Under the pieces are notes generated by a model. It worked only from the letters and a program-made list of their open reading frames with translations, made no database searches and was not told the origin of the DNA. Shown here one piece after another: positions 56,883 through 64,000 of a DNA stretch of 64,000 bases. Within the stretch, counting starts at the first letter, position 1. Each line of letters begins with the position of its first letter. Made by a program: the position numbers and the translations under genes. Location of the stretch: positions 6,073 through 70,072 of the forward strand of contig JBCKZY010000003.1 of assembly GCA_038918635.1 (NCBI GenBank), read 5' to 3'. The DNA is from Thermodesulfovibrionia bacterium. Its GTDB lineage: Bacteria > Nitrospirota > Thermodesulfovibrionia > UBA6902.

Positions 56883-57686
56883 ATGAAACGCAAGCCGGCG
56901 GTTGCGGGACAGTTTTACTCATCAAACCCCTCCCATCTTTCTGATGAAGTGACAGGTTATCTTGAAAAGATCGATGTTAAGCAAAGGGCAATAGGTGTGA
57001 TCTCACCTCACGCCGGGCTGATGTATTCAGGATCTGTTGCCGGCGCTGTTTTCTCAAGGATAGAGATTCCCCGGACTTTTATCGTACTGAGCCCTAACCA
57101 TACAGGGCTTGGAAGCCCCATATCGATAATGTCTCAGGGTGTGTGGGAGGTTCCTACCGGCAAGCTGGAGATTGACGAGAAGATATCTTCTGAACTGCTT
57201 AAGAAATGCAGGCTCATTGAAGATGACAGTCTGGCGCATCAGAGGGAACATTCTATCGAGGTCCAGCTTCCCTTTATCATCGAGCTATCTCCGGACGCCA
57301 GGATTGTTCCTGTCACGATGATGACCGACTCACTGGAGACCTGCAGGATACTGGGAGAATCATTGGCAGACGTCATTGACTCCTCCGGATATGACGTGAC
57401 TATAGTCGCAAGTTCAGATATGACGCATTATGAGGAGGACTCTTATGCACGTTCCCTCGACAGGATAGCTATTGACAGAATTCTCGCCCTGGATCCTGAA
57501 GGACTTTTCAATGTTGTCATAAATAAAAATATAAGCATGTGCGGGTTCGGCCCTGCTACGACCATGCTCTTTGCGGCGAAAAAACTCGGCGCACAAAGGG
57601 CCGAACTGGTCAAATATATGACTTCAGGTGATATAAGCGGAGATTACGGTCATGTGGTCGGATACGCCGGTATGATAATCAATTAA
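56883..57686 (+). CDS. AmmeMemoRadiSam system protein B (Memo-like)
   Basis: PAVAGQFYSSNP ... ISPHAGLMYSG ... HSIEVQLPF ... SDMTHY is the Memo family pattern. No AMMECR1 or radical-SAM partner is adjacent. Confidence 0.85.
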   Translation: MKRKPAVAGQFYSSNPSHLSDEVTGYLEKIDVKQRAIGVISPHAGLMYSGSVAGAVFSRIEIPRTFIVLSPNHTGLGSPISIMSQGVWEVPTGKLEIDEKISSELLKKCRLIEDDSLAHQREHSIEVQLPFIIELSPDARIVPVTMMTDSLETCRILGESLADVIDSSGYDVTIVASSDMTHYEEDSYARSLDRIAIDRILALDPEGLFNVVINKNISMCGFGPATTMLFAAKKLGAQRAELVKYMTSGDISGDYGHVVGYAGMIIN

Positions 57687-58472
57687 ATGTTATTTATTCG
57701 TATGAGTTTAATCAAACCCCTTTCCAGAACAACTAAAGGCAATATAGAGGTACTAGTATTTAAAGATATCGATGAGATATCGGAGTACGCCGCAGAAGAA
57801 TGGCTTCATGTATCCGAAAAATTCATAAACAGACAGGGGTACTTTACGGCCGCTCTCTCTGGCGGGAAGACGCCTATCGGTCTCTACCGCAGACTTGCTG
57901 TTTCTGAAAGGGACGACTTGTGGTTCAGGACGCATATATTTCTGGTTGATGAAAGATTTGTTTCCTTTGAGGAGATAGAAAGCAATTACCGTATGATCAG
58001 TCATACACTTCTCAGCCGCGTAAATATCCCTGATAATAATATTCATCCGATCCCTACTGATACCAAATCTCCTGAATCCGCCGCCGCTAAATACGAAGAG
58101 AATTTAATATCCTTCTTCAAGACAGAAAATGGTATTCCGCCCAGTTTTAATCTCGTGATTCTTGGGATTGGTAATGACGGCCACACCGCCTCGCTATTCC
58201 CGGGTACCCGGGCCGTATCTGAGGCTGTCCGACTTTCTGTTGCAGTGACTCCTCCTGATATGTCAAAGAAGGATAGGGTAAGCATTACCCTGCCGGTAAT
58301 AAACAATGCTGACCATATAATCTTCCTTGCGACCGGAGATGAGAAGGCCGGTGTATTACGTGATGTTCTGGAGAGGCCTGACAGCGTGTTACCCGCGTCT
58401 CAGGTAAAACCCATTAAGGGAACTGTGAAGTTTCTTATTGATGAGCCTGCTTCACGATTGCTTTCAAGGTAG
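57687..58472 (+). CDS. pgl: 6-phosphogluconolactonase
   Basis: ALSGGKTP, LVDERFV and LGIGNDGHTASLFPG motifs. Confidence 0.85.
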   Translation: MLFIRMSLIKPLSRTTKGNIEVLVFKDIDEISEYAAEEWLHVSEKFINRQGYFTAALSGGKTPIGLYRRLAVSERDDLWFRTHIFLVDERFVSFEEIESNYRMISHTLLSRVNIPDNNIHPIPTDTKSPESAAAKYEENLISFFKTENGIPPSFNLVILGIGNDGHTASLFPGTRAVSEAVRLSVAVTPPDMSKKDRVSITLPVINNADHIIFLATGDEKAGVLRDVLERPDSVLPASQVKPIKGTVKFLIDEPASRLLSR

Positions 58473-58667
58473 CATTACTTAATGTAATATATAATATAAT
58501 GTATTGTAATATATTGAATTAACAGCATAATAAATTCATCTAACTCTGTTATGTAATCTGGAGTAACGGTATGAAACGTTTGACAAAATATGCGGTTTCT
58601 GATATTTTTCACACTTGGATTTAATCATTCAGATAATAATTATTAATAAATTTAAGGAGGACTTAAA

Positions 58668-59462
58668 ATGGATTGGGGTATGAAGAACCGCCTTGCGCAA
58701 ATTATCAAACCTGATGGTCGCTGTTTCTTTCTTCCGATTGACCACGGATATTTTCAGGGACCTACGTCATGTCTGGAGAAGCCCGGTGAGACGATAAAGC
58801 CGCTTCTCTCTTATTGTGACGCGCTTTTTGTTACCAGAGGCGTCTTGCGTGCCGTGGTTGATCCTGAAAAGACCAAGCCTATTATTCTCCGTGTTTCAGG
58901 GGGGACCAGTATGGTTGGTGATGACCTCTCAAATGAGGGTCTTACTACTTCTGTTCAGGAGGCGATTCGTCTGAATGTCTCTGCTGTAGGGATGTCTGTC
59001 TTTATCGGCAGTAAGCATGAAAAAGAGACGCTCCTGAACCTTGCCAAGCTCGTGAATGAATGCGAGAACTACGGTATCCCGGTAATGGCCGTAACAGCAG
59101 TAGGCAGGGAACTGAAAAAACGGGATGCCCGTTATCTTGGCTTATGCAGCCGTATAGCGGCAGAACTTGGTGCCAGGGTTGTCAAGACCTACTGGTGTGA
59201 GGACTTTGATAAGGTTGTTAACGGCTGTCCTGTTCCCGTTGTTATGGCCGGCGGACCGAGGTGTGAGACTGAGCTGGAGGTTATGGAATTTGTATACGAC
59301 GGCATCCAGAAAGGCGCTATAGGGATTAACCTCGGCAGGAATGTCTGGCAGAACAAAAATCCCGTCGCGATGATGAAGGCATTGCGGTCGATAGTACACA
59401 AGAAGGCGAAACCTAAAGAGGCATTTGAGCTTTTTAATGATCAGAAAAGCAGAGATAAATAA
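58668..59462 (+). CDS. class I aldolase of the DhnA/FbaB/LsrF family
   Basis: IDHGYFQGPT, a Schiff-base lysine context VVKTYW, and GINLGRNVWQ. It has a strong AAGGAGG RBS. Confidence 0.8.
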   Translation: MDWGMKNRLAQIIKPDGRCFFLPIDHGYFQGPTSCLEKPGETIKPLLSYCDALFVTRGVLRAVVDPEKTKPIILRVSGGTSMVGDDLSNEGLTTSVQEAIRLNVSAVGMSVFIGSKHEKETLLNLAKLVNECENYGIPVMAVTAVGRELKKRDARYLGLCSRIAAELGARVVKTYWCEDFDKVVNGCPVPVVMAGGPRCETELEVMEFVYDGIQKGAIGINLGRNVWQNKNPVAMMKALRSIVHKKAKPKEAFELFNDQKSRDK

Positions 59463-59468
59463 TTGAAT

Positions 59469-60497
59469 ATGCGTGTAGCAATGTACTACAGCAACAGTGA
59501 TGTCAGAATAGAGGAGATTCCTGTTCCGGGTATCGGCCCTGATGAACTCCTTGTCAAGACAATAGCAAGCGGGATATGTGGAAGTGATGTTATGGAGTGG
59601 TATCGTCTAAAAAAGGCCCCAAAAGTTCTGGGACATGAGATAACAGGCGAAATCGTTGAAGCCGGCTGTGATGTAAAGAACTTCAGGAAAGGGGACAGGG
59701 TCTTTGTCTCTCACCACGTGCCGTGTAATACCTGTCATTACTGCCTGCACGGATATCATACAGCATGTAAAACCCTGCATAATACAAATTACGATCCCGG
59801 GGGGTTTTCTGAATATATAAGGATCCCCGGAATAAACGTCAAGAGCGGGGTCTACCTTCTTCCTGATGAGATATCCTATGAGGTGGGAACCTTCATCGAA
59901 CCCCTTGCGTGTGTAATAAGAGGACAGGGACTTGCCGGCCTTAAGCCCGGGCAGAGCGTTCTTGTTATGGGCAGCGGGATCTCAGGTCTCCTGCATATTA
60001 TGCTTGCCCGCGCTCTCGGGGCAGGAAAGATTATAGCTACAGATATTAACGATTACCGTCTCAAACAGGCTGAGAGGTTTGGCGCTGATTTTTCGATCAA
60101 TGCAAAAGAGGATGTAAAGGGTTCGTTATTAAAACATAACAACGGAAGGCCTGCTGACCTTGTTATCGTTTGTGCCGGCGCGCTGCAGGCCGCGGTTGAT
60201 GCGCTGACGTGTGTTGACAAGGGAGGTACCGTGCTCTATTTTGCGGTGCCTGAACCTGATATTATGGTACCTGTCCCGATGAACGACATGTGGCGAAATG
60301 AGATAACACTGATGACATCATACGGTGCCGGCCCTATTGATATTGACGTGGCTATCAGGCTAATTCAAAGCATGAGGATTACTCCTGAAGATATGATTAC
60401 CCACAGACTACCGCTCAGTGAGGCAGGCTATGGGTTCAGTCTTGTAGCAGACGCAAAGGAGTCTGTAAAGGTTATAATAGAACCACACGGAAAATAA
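59469..60497 (+). CDS. zinc-dependent medium-chain dehydrogenase (threonine/sorbitol dehydrogenase-like)
   Basis: Catalytic zinc site GICGSDV...GHEITGE, structural zinc site CNTCHYCLHGYHTAC, and a Rossmann motif GSGISG. Confidence 0.85.
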   Translation: MRVAMYYSNSDVRIEEIPVPGIGPDELLVKTIASGICGSDVMEWYRLKKAPKVLGHEITGEIVEAGCDVKNFRKGDRVFVSHHVPCNTCHYCLHGYHTACKTLHNTNYDPGGFSEYIRIPGINVKSGVYLLPDEISYEVGTFIEPLACVIRGQGLAGLKPGQSVLVMGSGISGLLHIMLARALGAGKIIATDINDYRLKQAERFGADFSINAKEDVKGSLLKHNNGRPADLVIVCAGALQAAVDALTCVDKGGTVLYFAVPEPDIMVPVPMNDMWRNEITLMTSYGAGPIDIDVAIRLIQSMRITPEDMITHRLPLSEAGYGFSLVADAKESVKVIIEPHGK

Positions 60498-60571
60498 ATT
60501 GAAAATTGGTGATAGGTAATAACTAACAGGTTATAGGTGATTGGTTGTTATATGTTAAGGGGGTTTTAATA

Positions 60572-61483
60572 ATGTCTTTATTAGTTGTAGGTTCAGTTGC
60601 TTTTGATTCAGTCAAGACGCCTTTCGGTGAGGTTGATGAAGTTCTAGGAGGTTCAGCAACGTACTTCTCCACGGCAGCCAGTTACTTTGCCGATGTAGCT
60701 GTCGTAGCGGTTGTGGGAGATGATTTTCCGGATAAGCACCTGAAGTTCCTTAAGAGCCGCAGTATTGACATAGAGGGCATTGAGAAGAGAGAGGGTAAGA
60801 CGTTCAGGTGGAAGGGAGAGTACGGGTATGAGCTGAATGAAGCGAAAACGCTTGATACCCAGCTCAATGTATTTCAGTCCTTCAAGCCTAATCTTCCTGA
60901 ATCATATAAGGAAAAGAAGATCGTCTTTCTCGCGAATATAGACCCCGACCTTCAGAGGGATGTTCTGGAGCAGGTGAATAGTCCATCCCTCATCGCGTGT
61001 GACACAATGAATTTCTGGATCGAGGGCAAGAGGGAATCACTTCTCAAGACGCTCAGTCTTGTTGATATATTGCTCATAAATGACGGTGAGGCACGAGAGC
61101 TTTCTAACGAACCGAACCTCGTCAGGGCCGCCAGAAAGATTCACTCATACGGGCCAAAGACACTGATCATCAAGAGGGGTGAGTATGGCGCACTGATGTT
61201 TAAAGATAATAAAATCTTTTCCGCACCTGCCTATCCTCTTGAGACTATCTTTGATCCAACAGGCGCAGGCGACAGTTTTGCCGGAGGCTTTATGGGTTAT
61301 CTGGCAAATACCATGAACTTTGATGAGTCCAATATACGCAGGGCGATAATATTCGGTAGTGTGATGGCCTCTTTTAATGTTGAATCTTTCAGCCTTGACA
61401 GGCTGAGGAGTCTCGACTATGAAGAGGTTAAGAACAGGTTCACTGAGTTCAAGGGACTGACTCATTTTGAAGACCTTTCATAA
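60572..61483 (+). CDS. PfkB-family carbohydrate/nucleoside kinase
   Basis: N-terminal VVGSVAFD and the C-terminal PfkB signature DPTGAGDSFAGGF. The likely start is MSLLVV at 60572, preceded by AAGGGGG. Confidence 0.85.
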   Translation: MSLLVVGSVAFDSVKTPFGEVDEVLGGSATYFSTAASYFADVAVVAVVGDDFPDKHLKFLKSRSIDIEGIEKREGKTFRWKGEYGYELNEAKTLDTQLNVFQSFKPNLPESYKEKKIVFLANIDPDLQRDVLEQVNSPSLIACDTMNFWIEGKRESLLKTLSLVDILLINDGEARELSNEPNLVRAARKIHSYGPKTLIIKRGEYGALMFKDNKIFSAPAYPLETIFDPTGAGDSFAGGFMGYLANTMNFDESNIRRAIIFGSVMASFNVESFSLDRLRSLDYEEVKNRFTEFKGLTHFEDLS

Positions 61484-61544
61484 TACAATCTGAATAATCT
61501 TTTGTTCAATCCAGTATAATACGTTTTGATGAGAAAGGATAATA

Positions 61545-61910
61545 ATGGTCAATAACCGTTTTGGTAAGTTCCTGGTCAATAACGGCGTTCTTGATGAAAA
61601 GGCTGTCTATGATGCAATGAATATGCAGATGAAGAAGAAGGTGCCTATCGGACAGATAGCTGTCAAGGAGAGGGTGCTTACGATAAACCAGGTTTTCAAT
61701 ATCCTGAATAAACAGGCAGACACTCCAAAACTCTTTGGAGAAATTGCTATTGACATGGGTTATCTTGTTAAAGATGGAGTTGAAAAACTCCTTGCCTTTC
61801 AGCGAGAAGACATGCCCGGAATCGAAGAAATTCTCGTTATGATGAAGAAAATTGACAAAAAGACCTGTACCGACATGCTTGAGAAATATCAGAAGTCCAC
61901 TTCACAGTAA
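61545..61910 (+). CDS. small protein composed of three tandem MshEN-like 24-residue motifs
   Basis: Residues 5-28 are RFGKFLVNNGVLDEKAVYDAMNMQ, residues 34-57 are PIGQIAVKERVLTINQVFNILNKQ, and residues 63-86 are LFGEIAIDMGYLVKDGVEKLLAFQ. Each pair is separated by exactly 5 residues. Confidence 0.7.
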   Translation: MVNNRFGKFLVNNGVLDEKAVYDAMNMQMKKKVPIGQIAVKERVLTINQVFNILNKQADTPKLFGEIAIDMGYLVKDGVEKLLAFQREDMPGIEEILVMMKKIDKKTCTDMLEKYQKSTSQ

Positions 61911-61968
61911 GCAATCTGTTCGGAGTTCCGCAAAAAGTCTGTGATACGGTCTTCAGATCCCACACACG

Positions 61969-63477
61969 TTACAGGCTGACCCACTGTCCTACGGTTTTGA
62001 CTGCCTGTGACGAACTGAAGTGTTCCCTGAAGATATTAAAATAATAGCACTCTTCCTTGCTGCGGATTATGGGGAACTTACTCTGCACAGCAGCTAGATC
62101 CTCGTCGCCTACTATTTTTTCAAAATGTGATGGGAGGACATCGGCTGATCCGGAGCCCTGAGAAAATTCCTGCTTCAGCCGCCAGACTACTGATTCGGGC
62201 AGGTCCTTTTCGAAAGACTTCCTGAAAATCCATTTTTCGACTTTTTCTTTCCCGTTGTCTTTTATCTTGTATTCAGGAGGTAACGAAAGAGAATAATTTA
62301 ATAGTTCACCGGATATCAGGGGAGTTACCACTCTTACTGAATGACAGGCATTCATGCGGTCTAGCCTCAGTGACGCGTTGCTGTGCAAATAGCCCAGGCA
62401 TTTTATCTGGTTTTCAAAAAGCAGTTCAGGGGACAGTTTCTTGAAAAACTTATATCCGCAGAAGACTTCGTCTCCGCCTTCACCTGACAACAGGAGCTCT
62501 ATGCCCGAGTCTGCGGCGAACTTCGATATCAGATAGTTTGCAATTGAGCTCCGTACCAGAGAAGGGTCAAAAGATTCAAGGTGATAAATGACCTGCGGCA
62601 GGACATCAAGCAGATCCTGAAGACCCACTATGAGCTCATGGTGTTCCGTGTCAAGAGCTTCTGCTACCTTGCGAGCATTTATAATATCACCGCTTTCACC
62701 TACACCAAAGGCGAACGTCTTCAACCGGGCATCATCCCCGAATTTTTTTTTGTATGTCCTGCTTGCAATGCCCGCTATCACACTGCTGTCAATCCCGCCG
62801 CTCAAAAGACTGCCGGTAGGGACACTGAAATCAATCCTGCTGTGAAAGCTCCTGTGTATGATGTCCCTTATATTCTCAACTGCAGTCTCAACTCCAGGGT
62901 CGTTCACCTCCGGGGGTGAAGCAGGCAGACTTGCAAAGGGGGTAAAGCTCCCTGAACCGTCCATGTAGTGTCCTGCCGGGAACTCATACACATCCTCGGT
63001 GATCCCGACAAGGCCCTTCAGTTCCGAGGACAGATATATGATATTGTCTTTTTTGCCATAAAAGAGGGTCTTGATTCCAAGTACATCCCTTGCTGCAATA
63101 CATTTCTCACCATCTGAGATAAGAAAGGTAAATATTGCGTCATCGAGATATTTGAACATGCCTGTGCCATGTTCGCGATACATGGCAAGAAGCAGCCGTT
63201 CGTCTTTCAATGGACCGTCTGTGATATTTCTGTCGCCGGCAAGGTCGCTCCAGTTCCCGATCTCTCCGTCATAGCATATGGCTTTACCTTCGTTTACCAT
63301 AGGAATCCCTTTATCTATGTCACCTGCATTATCTGCCCGGAGATAGTTCTGGGCCATTGTGATATTACCTGTGGAATGTATACCCTGGGCATGCGGCCCC
63401 CTGTGTGCAATAGTTTTCATCATTGACTCAACCCCGCTGCCGCCGGACTGCCCGATTTCTGCAACAAAACCGCTCAT
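61969..63477 (-). CDS. asparagine synthase (AsnB)-like protein lacking the N-terminal Cys nucleophile
   Basis: Ntn-glutaminase-like N-domain plus a PP-loop synthetase domain (LLSGGIDSS). The protein starts MSGF (AGC Ser) where glutamine-dependent AsnB has MCG. Confidence 0.8.
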   Translation of the reverse strand: MSGFVAEIGQSGGSGVESMMKTIAHRGPHAQGIHSTGNITMAQNYLRADNAGDIDKGIPMVNEGKAICYDGEIGNWSDLAGDRNITDGPLKDERLLLAMYREHGTGMFKYLDDAIFTFLISDGEKCIAARDVLGIKTLFYGKKDNIIYLSSELKGLVGITEDVYEFPAGHYMDGSGSFTPFASLPASPPEVNDPGVETAVENIRDIIHRSFHSRIDFSVPTGSLLSGGIDSSVIAGIASRTYKKKFGDDARLKTFAFGVGESGDIINARKVAEALDTEHHELIVGLQDLLDVLPQVIYHLESFDPSLVRSSIANYLISKFAADSGIELLLSGEGGDEVFCGYKFFKKLSPELLFENQIKCLGYLHSNASLRLDRMNACHSVRVVTPLISGELLNYSLSLPPEYKIKDNGKEKVEKWIFRKSFEKDLPESVVWRLKQEFSQGSGSADVLPSHFEKIVGDEDLAAVQSKFPIIRSKEECYYFNIFREHFSSSQAVKTVGQWVSL

Positions 63478-63720
63478 ATATTATGCCTCCTTTAAGTGAA
63501 GCTTCCAGCCTATAAGGCGGGGCTTCAAAATAATATTTTATTAATGATAATTCAATCTGTATTCCCCTCTTTGAAAAAAAGGGGCTAGGGTCCCCCTTCT
63601 TTGTTTTCACAAAGAAAACAGGGGGACAGCGGAGATTATTAAAAAAATTATTTGTAAAATCCCCCTCGAGATCGAGCCTACTCGGCTTTTCCAAAGTGGG
63701 AGACAAGTTGAACCGTTTAA

Positions 63721-64000
63721 TTATGTTTCATCAGGCCGTTCGCTCCAGCGTCCTACGTTCTTCAGTAACGGTTCAGGATTTTCGAATACTTCCATGAAGA
63801 GTTTATGGTAATGGCATTCCTCTGGCGAACGCAGAGGAGTAGCCGGCCACTTATTGATATACAGACGGGCCTCACTTTCGGACATCACTGATGAAAGTGT
63901 GTCTTCGAGGAGGTCTACGGAACCGCTCCCTTCGTCAAACTGCTCCTTTTTTCTCCATACGATTTCATGCGGCAGGAGGTCCTCAAAGGCCTTTCTGAGT
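63721..64000 (-). CDS. asparagine synthase-like protein, C-terminal part (gene continues beyond the window)
   Basis: My own translation of the minus strand gives ...LRKAFEDLLPHEIVWRKKEQFDEGSGSVDLLEDTLSS...HYHKLFMEVFENPEPLLKNVGRWSERPDET-stop, an AsnB C-terminal pattern. It is absent from the ORF track because no start lies in the window. Confidence 0.7.
   Translation of the reverse strand, partial: LRKAFEDLLPHEIVWRKKEQFDEGSGSVDLLEDTLSSVMSESEARLYINKWPATPLRSPEECHYHKLFMEVFENPEPLLKNVGRWSERPDET

Overview
Chromosomal window from a moderately AT-rich bacterium. It is mostly housekeeping and central metabolism, on both strands. All calls rest on motif and architecture recognition in the supplied translations and on my own reading of the DNA; no searches were run.

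Gene content in order:
- a frameshifted DUF4388/J-domain protein, a C_GCAxxG_C_C protein, fabF, a bacterial endonuclease-Q homolog and an orphan sigma-54 response regulator
- gatB and gatA (gatA frameshifted), a short-form exosortase with a partner membrane protein, and tRNA-Leu(UAG)
- a type IV pilus block, pilB-pilT-pilC-pilS-pilR (pilS interrupted at a G8 tract)
- a minimal napAB nitrate reductase, an AlaC-like aminotransferase and a GAF/HD-GYP protein
- a large aspartate-family supercluster: hom, tusA-like, thiF/moeB-like, a zinc-ribbon ThrC paralog, a CysO-like GG sulfur carrier, a NIL domain, thrC, an apgM-like putative homoserine-kinase analog, aspartate kinase and citramalate synthase
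- rseC, an EF-G2-type paralog and a 1427-aa fused double-activase/dehydratase-like protein
- an unlisted 31-aa bS22-like ribosomal protein, smc, a DUF4258/DUF2283 pair and a degenerate PilZ-like protein
- glcD, rplI, dnaB, a Memo-like protein, pgl, an LsrF/DhnA-type aldolase, a Zn-ADH and a PfkB kinase
- a small protein made of three MshEN-like motifs, and two tandem AsnB-like genes

The intergenic DNA is unusual. It is packed with nested TIR-bounded MITE-like elements, TAGCCAC...GTGGCTA hairpin elements that supply stop codons to genes, and long imperfect palindromes built from short reiterated words.

Three conserved genes carry single-base frameshifts at short homopolymers. These are either assembly errors or real pseudogenes/phase variants, and this should temper all fine-scale claims.

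Best candidates for new biology:
- the sulfur-carrier module embedded in the hom/thr cluster, a candidate thiocarboxylate-dependent homocysteine synthesis from O-phosphohomoserine
- the MshEN-motif proteins, which suggest a c-di-GMP theme
- the orphan mini-exosortase pair
- the giant fused activase
- the repeat system
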